DNA from: Takakia lepidozioides
Taxonomy: Eukaryota > Plantae > Bryophyta
Assembly (NCBI GenBank): GCA_030704615.1
Contig: CM060732.1
Coordinates: 37,014,001-37,078,000 of the forward strand
Direction of reading: 5' to 3'
DNA length: 64,000 nucleotides
Shown: positions 23,445 through 35,449 of the stretch, one piece after another
How positions within the stretch are numbered: the stretch's first letter is position 1
Layout: each line of letters starts with the position of its first letter
Made by a program: the position numbers and the translations under genes
The notes under the pieces: model-generated
The model's database searches: none
The model's input: only the letters and a program-made list of their open reading frames with translations
Told to the model about the DNA's origin: nothing

Positions 23445-26400
23445 ATGCCTAACCAAGAAAGGATTGTGGTAGGAGTGAAATTGAGGCCTGATAGCTTGGA
23501 GCTTTTGCAGTGGGTAATTTCAACCACAGCGCGGCCAGGAGACCAGATTATTGCACTTCATTTTCTTGACCAGTCTGCGATTGTGGGTACGTGCTCTTCT
23601 CTCAAGATGCCTGCAGAGAGTTTTCAGTCAGCTGACCTTTTCGCTCATGCCGTTCGTGAAAATGGTGCTGTCATCAGTCCTCTGTTGGCTTTGAACCCTG
23701 TGCTCACTTGAGGTTGTGAGCTCAACCATTCAGGTGTAGGTCTGTAGATTTCATGAGTCTACGATAATTATCTTTTGATAAAGGATTATATGCTGGATGA
23801 GAGAGAGGAAAGAGAGAGTCCAACACCAAAGCCAGCCTAAAGTAGGCCTGCCTCCTCTCACAGGTACTGCTCCCTGCTGGGGGTGCTGCTATATGCTGGA
23901 AGTGCTGAGAAAATAAAACCTGCGATCTAGCCCTCACATAGTTGGAATACTGCAGGTGATCACGCCAGGAATTGTCAGAGAAGATTCACCTCTACTTCTC
24001 AATGAATGATGGACAAATAGTGTTTGGTATAAGGTTCTTCTCCAGTTAGAAACGGGCTCAGTGGAATCATCTCCCATTCTCCTTGGCTCACTGCTGTGCT
24101 TTCTAATGACAGGCAAGGGTGAGGAGGAAGGGGAAAAGCTTAAATCCGAGACAAAAGCAGCGCTGTTGTGGTTGTTGGAGCCCTTTCAGGAACTTTGCTG
24201 CACAAGACAGGTCTGTCTATTTCGATGAAGGGGATCCTTGGTCAAGTGTTGTTTCAGAAGTGTCATAAGGACAATCCCAAGTGAAAATCTTGAAAAGCGC
24301 CTCCATAACCTGAAGAGTTTGGACTGAGTGCAGTTGAACAATGCTTGTGGCAGGTGAAGGCTAGAGTGCACATAGCTGCTGGGGAGAGCCTGGAAAAAGT
24401 TCTGGTGGAGGCAGCGACAGCCTTGCACGCCACCAGTCTTGTCCTCAGTACTAAGTCAAGCCGGAGTGTCGCACCCTGGTGATGATCACCTTTCATGTTG
24501 AAGCGGGATTTCGGGCTCTTCCAAGTCATGCATCATCCTCACATGTAGTATGATTCTTATCAAATGTATCCAGATGGACACTATGGGATTAACTATTCTC
24601 GTTCTTACACCTGTAGGTTTGGCTTTGCAGGCGACAGGCTCTCGGTAGCTACTGCTCCAGGCATTGCCCCACGGGATGTGCAGTGTTGGTTGTGACGAAT
24701 AAAAAGATGTTGCTTCACAAGGAGAACCTCATCAAGGCTTCCATATCAAGCAACGAAATTCTTCCATGTGAAGGTAATTGCCTTGGCCATCAATCTGCCT
24801 GCCACATTAGTCTTTTTTAGGCTGTCGGTACGTGCTTTGTACATCCTACCAATGTGAAGCCAATGTCTTCCTAGCTGATCTAGTTGTTGCTATATCACAC
24901 TCTGGAAGCCACTAGTCTGAATGGTTACTATCCAGTTCCCTGTATAACTTTTTTATGTGGTGTCAAAACAGAGACACAGGAAGTACATAAGAGATGTGGG
25001 CCTGCCTCCAGGTCCTTGTGCACCCTTCAAAAGCACTTCCTTTGCTCAGTACGACCGAAAGAAGAGGATACAGGCACCATTGAAGAAGTAATGGTTTGCC
25101 TTCACAATCAAGCAGTCGGAGACACAGCAGATATGCCCTCAGCAGTGGTTGGGAACTGGCAGAAAGGTGACCTGACAGAGGGTGGCTCTCCACGAGGGGT
25201 GCTAGAAGGCCTTGGGTCGTTGACTGAATCGGAACGAAGCTCACCTACTTCCACCAGCTACCCTGAAGACCCAAATGTGTGGTCATTGTCTACTTCAAGG
25301 AAAGGTCTTTTGGGTAGTCCGTCTTCACGTGAATCTGACGGTCTATCTGTGGCCTCTGAGCCGCAACAAAGGCACGGTATTCAAAGTTTGTGGAAAGCAT
25401 TTGCTACAAAGCGATGGAAATCACTCCCATCATCTTATCGACATAACAAACAGCCAGTTATGGCTGCACCTTCTCCTGCAACATTGGGCAGTGCAGATGA
25501 GCTATCCCCTGACAAGCAGGATGATGCAAGTGCTCTGATATGTGCAGATTCATCTAATGGTAGGCGGTCTTGGCGGACATTCTCTTATGAAGAGATTTCT
25601 GCTGCGACCAGTAATTTTGATCCTGGTGAGTCATTTGTCTCCTTCATTCGTCTCCTTCATTCGTCTCGTCTCCTGGATAAGATCATGAGAAACTTTTTTC
25701 TGGCACACTGTGTTTGATTTGGGATCAGCCCACTTTAACGTACCTGAATAGGAGCATGGAGTATCTGTAGGTGACACCATCTGAACGATTTACATTGGCA
25801 GGTGTCGATTTTTTGACCCCACATGCCTAGCTCCGGATGTTACATGTGTTAAGTTGGCTGTGCTAGCTTTGTATTTCTACTGGAATAGTCTGCAGAGCCC
25901 CTGTTTGTGGCTTAGAGACACCAAAGTGAAGATTCTTTTCCTTACTGTATTTCTGGTAAGCAGATTCTATCCAGTATAAAGCTCCTGACAGTTTACAGCT
26001 GTTTGATACGGTTGGCAGAGAACTTGGTGGGGAAGGGTGGGTACGCAAAAGTGTTCAAGGGGGTTCTACCTAGTGGCCAGCTTATTGCAGTGAAGAAACA
26101 CAACAGGGGCGACACTGCTGAACAAAAAGAGAGGGATTTTCTTGTTGAGCTCGGCATCATAGGCCATGTGTGCCATCCCAATGCAGCCGCACTCGTGGGA
26201 ATTTGCATTGAGAATGGCTTACATCTCATCTTTGAGTTCTCACAGCATGGCAGCCTTGCTGCGCTCCTTCATTGTAAGTCAGTTTGTTCCATGAAATTGC
26301 ATGTCATTTCTGTTCTGCTCTCTCTCTCTCTCTCTCTCTCTCTCGGATTTTCCAGTCGACCGTGCTGGTATCTTGAGATTTAAGCGGTGGAGGGGAAGTT

Positions 26401-28478
26401 GGAAGGTTTGGTCAAGGTTGGAGCTGTCCTATCAAACTGTGTGGTTGCTATAACCCCTCAAAAGTCTTTCATACCAAGATATATGTTGCATTGTTCATAT
26501 TTCAGGCCCTAAAGCACCAGTCTTGGAGTGGGGAGTGAGGTTCAAGGTGGCACTCGGGGTAGCACGAGGCTTGCAATATCTGCATGAGCACTGCCAACGG
26601 CGCATTATCCATCGTGATATTAAGGCTTCCAACATCTTGCTTGGCCCTGACTTTGAGCCACAGGTTCTGCACCCTAGTGCTGTTTTTGTGGTCTCATCTT
26701 CCTTGTTGTTGTGGTGGCAAGGACATTTTTCAGACTGTTAGCTTTGATTGAATCTTCTTGCTGTACATGTAGCTCTTTGTCTCGACTGTGAGGTCACAGG
26801 CTCAAAATATTTCACCTTTTGAGGTGAGAAGTTTGTTTGCCATAGTCTTGTGGCCATAGACCCTGCGCACAATTTGGGCAGAACAAGAGGGGAGCATTTG
26901 GAGAGAGGTTTATGCGGCTGATTAAGAGGGGGTCAGTATGTGTCAGTATTTGGTTTACCTGTCAACAGGTCATACGGGGTCCCTAGGGAAAGGGAAAGGG
27001 GAGGAGTAAGTGGGAGTGCTGTTTTCTGAACATTCGAATCCCTGCCTCTCATAAGCTGTGTGAGCTTTCCAGTGTGTCTGTTTCTGTCACCAGATTTCAG
27101 ATTTCGGGTTAGCAAAATGGCTTCCATCCAGATGGACGCACCATACAGTATCACCTATTGAAGGGACATTTGGGTGCGTGTGTGTCTATCCCTACTGGCT
27201 GTGCTAATAAATGTTTATTTATGCCCAGAACTGTGGAGAGCTTATTGAACAGCTCTTGGCAGGCTAAATGGTGGTGAGCCTGCTGGTATGCTCTAACAAC
27301 AGACTTATTAATGGGCTGCATCCACAGGGCCTGCCAAGGTATAGCAGAGTAGACTAGACATGCAGAGAATTGTTAGTCTTGAGCCCGCGGCCCTCTGACA
27401 AGGTGCAGTCTATGTGGCAGGTATTTGGCACCCGAGTACTTTATGCATGGAATTGTCGACGAAAAGACAGATGTTTTCTCGTATGGAGTGCTGCTGTTGG
27501 AGCTCATCACTGGCCGCAGGCCTGTTGCTGACAAGCAGAATCTTGTCATGTGGGTAAGTTCCAACACGCTCATCACAGGTCATGTCTAATGCCTGTGAAT
27601 CCTGTTTCAATTGCCTACTTTACAGGAATATCTTTTTCATTCAGGAGGAAGATGCAGCATTCTAGACAGAGGAAGCTATCAAGGACACATGGAGCAATTA
27701 TATAGTTTTGTTGCTTTGCAATTTGTTCCCTATGCAAGTCATCTGAGATCTCTATTTTTCCAAGATCTAGAAAATCTCTTTGGCAAATGAAGAAATTGAC
27801 TCATTATTTGAACAATTTCAGGCAAAGCCAATGCTGGAGTCAGAAGACATAAAGGAGCTTGCAGACCGGCGGCTTGGGAGTGCATATGATGCCAGTCAGA
27901 TGCAGCGAATGGTGCTAACAGCCACCCTGTGTGTGCGACAGTCTGCTGTTTGGCGCCCTTGTATGAGCCAGGTAGGTTTTGGTCTGTTGGTTTTAAGTGT
28001 CACTCTCTTACATTTTGTCAAGAACGGTAAGACTTGTGACTCGAGTAATCTCGAAATACATGTAGTCAGGACTTCTACTACCCACTCGCTTTTTGACAAA
28101 CACACACAGAGCACCTGCTGCACCTGTTATAACCAGTTTCCATCAGAAGACTTAAAACAGCAGTTAGTCAAATCGAGAACCCTGTATAGAAGGTGGAATG
28201 GATTTCCTCACGCAGCTCTGAAGAACTTAAAATGCTAGACATTATGATCACATGTGTTTCTGAGTCATTGACAGGCTCATTTTTTGGCTGGGTAAGGACA
28301 GGTTGTGCAGCTTCTGACAGAGGAGTCATCGGATGTTGGGAAGACTGACCATTTGAGCAAGCTAGTGTCGAAGTCAAGTGAATTTGACCAAGGGGAGCAG
28401 TACTCACAGGAGGATTACAGCAGTGACACCTATCTGAGTGACATGCAGCGGCATCGTGCTCTAGCCCTGGAGTTTTAA
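23445..28478 (+). CDS. Receptor-like cytoplasmic kinase of the RLCK-VI (ROP-binding kinase-like) group with an N-terminal USP-like domain, about 704 aa
   Basis: Exons 23445-23586, 24113-24210, 24354-24478, 24631-24773, 24972-25625, 26019-26273, 26506-26663, 27094-27173, 27421-27553, 27822-27971, 28302-28478; USP start RIVVGV...LLQWVI...PGDQIIALH; kinase motifs [44 protein letters not shown]; C-terminal [12 protein letters not shown]. Confidence 0.92.
26318..26344. repeat. (CT)n microsatellite in a kinase intron
   Basis: Direct CT run. Confidence 0.9.
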
Positions 28479-29539
28479 CCCGGGCGGAAATTGTTTTCTG
28501 TGGCTTTCACTTATGTATAAGAATTGAAGTATGGGGTAACTGACCACCCAATGCCCTTGTGGGTCAGTGAGTGTCCAGGAGGGCCATAGTGCTCTGGCCT
28601 GGTTGTATGGCTTTGGGATTCAAAAGGTGGAATGCGGCGCTGTTGCAAAGGTGTATGGTGTCATCAAGGCACTGAGTTAGGAGGAATAAGGTTCATGGAT
28701 AAGTTCCCTGGGTTTCCCGACAGTATGGCCCAATACAACAACAGTTTCTGGAGGCATTTATTTATGACATCACCATGGCAGTATGTGCATCACCATGGCA
28801 TTTCACAGTCTGACATGCCAAGGCTTATTTTGCCTCTGCACATTTGAAAAGGAGCATTCGCAGCTTTTTGATAGGTCAATTAATCTGTATGTAACAGACA
28901 TGCACTGAAGTTGGGGGCTGTCTAATATGAGAGCTTGCACCATGTAAGGGCATATGGGATCTCTCTGTCTCAACTTCCAGCCTCGAGCTTGGTGGGTTGT
29001 CCAAGAAAGTTTGTTTCTTTCCAATCTTTTACTTGAGGAAACCGTATTAGACTGAAAACCCTTATAATGTACTTTTTTATACAACTTGTCAGCGAGAAAT
29101 TGGGATCAAAAGGCACCCAAGTCAATGCTTAGCTAGAAGAGACAACAGATGCTCTTTGAGTGAGTAGCCCTGATGTGTATCTATTCCAAACTGGAGTCCG
29201 GGGCTTCTTTGCGCAGGGCCTTTGGTATACTTATTAGGTCGGCCAGTTCTGGTTTCGTTGTATCTTAACGAAATCTGTCCCCTTCTTGGTAAGGAATCAC
29301 TGATTTATTTTTGTTGCGAGTGACACTCTCGTATGTTTCAGTAGCCAAATTTCTATGGTGTGAATATGAATTTAGTGCGCCTTTCTGGATGTGCGTTCCC
29401 TTTTGTTTGTAGTGTTGCATGCAACCTTGCAAATGATTGTAGTTGTTATGGTGATGGGACTCGCTTTGTTGCAAGTTGAGCAAGAAAATGCATCTCAAGG
29501 ACACGGGTGAAGTGTATGCTTCAAAGGTAACAAACTCTC

Positions 29540-30280
29540 TTCTCTTTCTGTTGGCTTTTGTAAGCTAGTCAAATGATAGCGTGGAATAGTAGAACCATTG
29601 CAATGAGATTGCATCGTTTACATAAAAATGCAAGTTGAAGTGCTTTGTGGTCCAAGCAGTACCACAGGTGTAGATCAACCATCAGGCTGTCTATGGCGGT
29701 GAGGTACTGGCCAGTGTAAGCACCACTTTCATGAAGTATCCTGCCATCATCGTTTTGCAGATGTTGACACGGTAATCCCCACTACTGAAGTTTGTACTGC
29801 TGATCTTTAGGTTGTAGTGACTCATAATGCCACTCCGCTGGCCTCGTTTATCATCTTGCTACAATGCAAGGACATTGATGAAGTTGTCATAGCACCGAGT
29901 AGCATCACTCGCTGTCTTGTCTGTAGGCGTGACAGACGTTGAGAATGGTAAGGTGGGTCGCTATCGATGTCGGAAGCAATTGGTCATTGAAAGTGATGGA
30001 AAGAATATGATGATTAGAACAGTTCAACCGGAGCTGACCACCAACCAAATGTCTTTGACATTTGTGGATCCAGTGGGAACGCTCTTATGAGCTGCCCATG
30101 TTTCGTCAATATCTCATCGGAATCCATTGCTCCCTAGTGTCCGGTGCAAGGAATCCATGAAGGAGATGTGAAGGAGGTCTTCAAATCCTAATTTCTTGAC
30201 TTACTATATTTCTTGACGGCAAGGATTACGCTTATCCAACGAGTTTAAAAAATCTCTCTGCAGATGATTTCTGTAAAGCT
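29540..30280 (-). pseudogene. PRP43: Decayed C-terminal fragment of the DEAH-box spliceosomal helicase Prp43/DHX15
   Basis: - strand pieces [98 protein letters not shown] and TGQYLT...LHLWYCLDHK are collinear with plant Prp43 as I recall it ([46 protein letters not shown], CLDHK); many frameshifts and stops. Confidence 0.85.
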
Positions 30281-30412
30281 AGGAGAGAGAGAAGACTCTG
30301 GTCAGTCGACAGGCTTAACTAAATAAGAGCCACTTCACCTTAGGGCTACTTCCCCTTTCGTGCGTGGGCCCGGGCGTAAAGAAGCTAAAGAGAGTTAGGC
30401 CCACCCGGGCCC

Positions 30413-31517
30413 CCTCGGCACTAAGTCCCAAGCCATTTCAGGATAGTGCCACGGGCCCAGGCTCCCGTGCTCATGCCCGGGCTGGCTTGTTCCTGGCTCC
30501 CTGCCAGGTCGGCTCCTGATCGCTGCCCTGTAGCTCCCTGCCACGTCGCGAAGTAGCTAGATTAGATCTAGATGTTAAACGAGATACCATAATCACAACT
30601 TTGGGCTTAAGCGGAGCCGCGAGGAAAAATAATAAGTAGTTTCTGCCATCCGAGCTGCCATCTAGACTGGGTTGTAGGGTGAAGCAAGTATGCTTGCAAG
30701 CAGGGTGCACGCAGTTGGATACTCATAGTTGCAACCCATCAAAGTTCAAGCTGTACATGGCCTTGGGAGTCAGCCCTCGGGATCAAGCAAATAAGATAAT
30801 CGATGAGTCCGCTGCAGGTATCAATGAGATGAAAACACTGGTCAACAGAGGACGTAGAAGGGACGGGACGGTTGGACCTCGGTTGGTATGATCGTGTCGA
30901 TCTAATTCCTGGAGAGCATGTCGAATTCGGGGCCCATCACCCTTTCTCGTCCAAGTCCAGACTCCAGACATCTTGAACATGAGGTCAATGGACTAACAGA
31001 GATGTCCAGATTCATATTGCACAATTCTGAAGTGGGAGCTGCTGATAGCTTCACGTCCATCCTGCACGTCTGACTTATCGCACTCTCTAACTCGGAAAAG
31101 TAGTAAAACTCTCTAAAGCTGGTCTTCCTCCAGATTTTGGTGACATATCTGTTCCCGACTAACCGGTCGAAGAAATGACTTCATGCTCTTGAAAATGAGT
31201 CCTTCATAATAGAATGCTTATAGATCCACCGGGTGACGGGTTCTTCTTCAAGCCAGTGCGTTGGCTTCCATCGCTGCCTCCTTATGGGAAACTGGGACCC
31301 AGACAGCAGTAACCTCATGCACTAATAACTTGCTCCAATATAATCGGCATGGTGTTGGGGCGTTGACATCAAGCGGAGCCCGTGGGCCAGCAAGAGCGCA
31401 TTGGAGCGCGTCGCAGGAGGAGCTGACCTGGCAGCGGGGCCAGCCAGCAGCCCGGGCATGAGGACGGGAGCCGGGCCACGGCACTATCCTGAAATGGCTT
31501 TGGACTTAGTGCCGAGG
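30413..31517. mobile_element. Non-autonomous element with about 105-bp imperfect terminal inverted repeats (MULE/Pack-type-like)
   Basis: 30413-30517 (cctcggcactaagtcccaagccatttcaggatagtgcc...) is the reverse complement of 31418-31517 with few mismatches; 18-bp direct repeat aagctaaagagagttagg at 30382-30399 and 31536-31553. Confidence 0.7.
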
Positions 31518-32474
31518 CCCGGCCCCTATTCTGTAAAGCTAAAGAGAGTTAGGGGGGCTCCTCATTTCACGGTGAATAAGCCCCTTGGGACTTTGCCATT
31601 TTGGCTCATGATGCCTGTGGGCCTCGGTCCTTGTCTCTATCTCCTTTCCATTACTCCCTCTTCTAGTTGCCGCCATTTTTCTTTGGGCGGCAGTCCTCTT
31701 TGCATGCGTGCTGCCCTTTGTCTGGCTAAAGATTGCTTTTCTGCCTTAAGCCTGGCGTTGCTCCATCTCTCCATTTCTTCCAATGTGGGACAAGCTCAGT
31801 TTTTCATTTCTCTGGACACTACCTTAATGGCTTTGGCGGCCCGCCTCACTTTCATGTCCATCTCTCTTAACTCACCGCTACTGCCATCGGCGGCTTTCTT
31901 TCATATCACGGGCCCTTTTCCCGCCCTCTTCTCCCCTCTATCCACTTTTGCAGTTAGGCAATGATTGTTGGATGATGTGCAAATGATACGGTGTGGATGA
32001 TCTCACGGATGAATTTTCAACAATGTGTTATGGATGATATGATTAGGATTTAAAGTAATAATTACTAATGTAAAAATATATGAGCATGGATGAGAAGTTA
32101 TTATTATGAAAGTCTCTCATGCTTGACATTGTCATTCAGGTCAAATAAAACAAATAAACTTGAACACATAACATGTGGTTAAGTAATAATGCAATTTTTA
32201 TTTTTATGGATTTTTATTTTCACTTTTAATAAACAGGGGATGGAATTTGAATATGATGCAATCAATATGGCTTGCGCTGCCGATTACCTCATTGTATGGT
32301 GACCAACTATATCCAATTTTACAAGTCATAAAGTGTGAAATATACCTTAATATACGCACAAAAATGTATCTTACACATAGGTCATGGGAAGCCTCTAGGC
32401 TTGGATTAAAATGTTATGTGCAACGCCATCGCGGCAGATCCTCCATATCAATTTTATTACTTCAACGTTTTTAG

Positions 32475-33984
32475 TATAGTGATGTAGCACTACAGGAGTG
32501 ATGTATAATATATATGGAACAATCATTTTATATTTCGAAAAACACCTATCTGGTTGCAGGCTCAAGGACCTTTTGGTCTGACGAGCAGGCTATTACCCGC
32601 TGGTCCCTGTTTTAAGGGGGCGTTGGACAAAGAATTCATGGGGGCTCTTATTAGGACTTGTGCATTGGGTTGGTGATCCCATAGGCCGATTGAGCTGCGT
32701 AAGGAGAAATTTTTGGTGAATGAAGGTGGACCCGAGGCCGTAGTTTAGCTATGTGGGGTCGATTGTGGTAGTAATAGTCCATTCGGCTCACACTAAGACA
32801 TGTTGCAGATTCCGAGAGGGACAAAAGTCCATCATTTTCGCTTAGGGGATTTTGGGATTCCAAACGAGAGAGATGACTGGCTCACCGACACTTGTCCTAG
32901 TGGATGAGGCGGATTTTTAATGGATGAACAGGGAATGAACTATGCAGTATTTCATCCATTGGATGGATGAACAATAGATGATTTATGCAATATTTCATCT
33001 GCTGGATAAGAATGCAGTCCAGCCTTTATGGGGTTTTGAACCTGGGACTTAGAGGTCAATTATTAACCTGGGATCAATTATTAAGGGCCTAAGGGGGGGT
33101 TTTCGACCTATAGGGCGATTCTCATATGGTTTCCAGAAATGGTATTTGGGTGAGATGAAGGGGCTGTTGAATTATCTAGAATTTGAGCCATGGACCATTG
33201 AACAGCTAGGATCACCCACTTCCTCATGTATATTTTCTAGAATTAGTGATTTTTCAGCATTCTTAGTTCATTTAATTAAGTTTTCATGCTTAGAAATTCG
33301 CCAGAAAATAGGAATATTATTATTTTAATTTCTAGTTTATATTTCTATTTTCTTATTAAAAAAATATACCTAAATAGTTTTTTTTTTCTATTTTTCTTAA
33401 ATAATCTATTTCTAAATGAGCAAAGGGCATTAGGATATTATTGGATAAAGGTATTTTCTTGTTAGGCTGGGGTTTGTTCTCCCCTTATGATAGCATGAAC
33501 AGTATGAGGCCCCTTGGCACACACGTACAATCCTAGGAAGCATGAGTGTGAAGCATTCCTAACCTAAGCGGCTTGGCCTAAATGTCTCGGAAAGCTTTCC
33601 GGAAGTAGGCGTTCCAAGCGAACGGGACCTCCCGAGAAACCCGATAGACTTTGGGGTGAAGTCGTGTTAACTATAAAGAAGTCTTGGAAGACAATTAGCT
33701 AGGAGTAGTTTTCGTAGGTTGACAAACGATTGCCCTATGAGCGTGGGAGTTAGACCCTACGTTTGCTGGTAGTTTAGATAGCGGGAGGAAATCTTCCATC
33801 GACCGCTCACCCTCTGTCAAGACTAGCGACATACTTGCGGGTGGGCGGTTCTTGAGCCTAACCCACCTCGTCGCCGGACTCCAGGTTTGACATTAGCCTC
33901 TCATTTGTGCTTGCGTGGGGGACTTGTCAATGGGTAATACTCGGATGATTTATATAACCCCCTTTTTCACACCACATCACTACA
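32475..33984. mobile_element. Probable solo LTR (about 1.5 kb)
   Basis: Ends tatagtgatgt and acatcactaca form an 11-bp inverted repeat (TG..CA with one G>A change); flanks TTTAG and TTTGA could be a decayed 5-bp TSD; non-coding interior. Confidence 0.5.
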
Positions 33985-34807
33985 TTTGACCACTAATATT
34001 TATTTGTTAAGCACCACCCGGCCCCATAAGAGATAGAAGGTGGAAGAGCTAGCAAATAGTTTGGTTTTTTCTTAAAGCATATTTTTGTTGCTAGAAATTT
34101 CATATGTTTTCATAAGTAATGTACAGACCTAAAATCTACTTCTCTATGGCCAAGCTTGATAAAACTAACTTGTGGAATAGGTGCCATTGTTTTCTTTTAG
34201 GTGGACGAGCTACCATGCTATCATTCAGAGCTACCCATAATGGAAACGTTAGATGGGGATGCGCATGGCAATAGCCATATCTTGCATGTATGTAATGTTA
34301 GTCAGGACATGGATGATGGATAGATGAATTGATATTAATACATAATAGGATGGTTGAGACATGGATGATAAAAGGATGAATAGCCATTAATATAAAATGT
34401 ACGGTGGTTGGATATGGATGATGTGAGGATGGAATATCATTAATGTCAAACCTAAAGTGTATGGATCTAGTCATTAAGACATGAATCTTGCACATTTACT
34501 GAAGGTTAACCACACATGGATGACCATATGTTAATATGTACCCCAAATAGCTCCAGAAAAAAATCAAACAAGTAGGCTTGGAAAGAGAGAAGACTCCTGC
34601 CAAAGCGGCGTAACGCAGCGCCACTTCGCTGCTGCCCCTTTTCAGGGGTGGTGCCCTAATAGGCTTGGACATGTAACAAGCTCTCTTAACAAATGCGGCT
34701 ATTGCATGCACCCCACATGGCTATTGCATGCCATGTGAAAATGCCAATTGCATGTGGGCCCACATGGATTACGGACTCATGATGTTCTACTGATAGGTCA
34801 GCTGCCC

Positions 34808-34930
34808 CATGGGCTTTGAGCATGTGCATTGAAGACCCTATTAATCTAAAATGAGAAGGGAAATTGGCCCATGGGCCTCAAGTGGATGCATTGAAGACCT
34901 TCTTAATCTAAAATAAGGAAACAAATGGTT
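34808..34930. repeat. About 62-bp imperfect tandem duplication
   Basis: catggg...tgcattgaagacc...ttaatctaaaat occurs twice. Confidence 0.7.
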
Positions 34931-35449
34931 GGGAGGGAAGACGATGTGAGGCTGGAGGCTCCGCGTTGTGCGGTGAGTGGAGAAAGGACTTAGCCGCTGG
35001 CAAGTCATCTCTCGTTGCTGAACGGATGCTTTCCAGCTCTCCCCCTTCCTATTTGTTCCTGAATCTAGCTCGGTTGAGCTCAACGGATTTCGTTCGCTAG
35101 TAGTTGATACTCTCATGAGCTGAAATCTCCATAGACGAAAGTCCTTCTCATCGCTTTCTTCTTCTTCCTACCCCCGGATGTGTTCATCCTTCTCTCTCTC
35201 CGACTTTTGTGTTTGGGCTCTAAGTAAGGAGCATTCGAAGGTTTAAGTCCCTTGTCCCTTCATCTTCAAGAACTGCAACTCATTGGTGTTCAGTCAGGAA
35301 AGGAGACGCTCTCCTCACTGTCCGCTACCAAGTCTTCAAGCTTACGCGGTGCGGCCAGTTGCATGCGTATTGGCATTAGCGCCCTTGGGAGTGGTTTTCA
35401 AATCCAAGGTATGGCAGTTTGGCGCGTGCTGACTTCTTCTTCCACTAGA

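Noticed and set aside
30419-31511. CACTA...TAGTG termini
   Set aside because: The inverted repeat continues outside these motifs and the 3-bp flanks (CGG and CCG) are not a TSD
31560-31964. ORF 31401-31964 as a membrane protein
   Set aside because: It starts inside a TIR; the opposite strand looks like decayed charged coding sequence with stops, probably a transposon remnant
34984-35146. Hammerhead-like motif (CTCATGAG...CGAAAGTCC) upstream of the L1
   Set aside because: The core has a mismatch (CTCATGA) and stems I and II do not form
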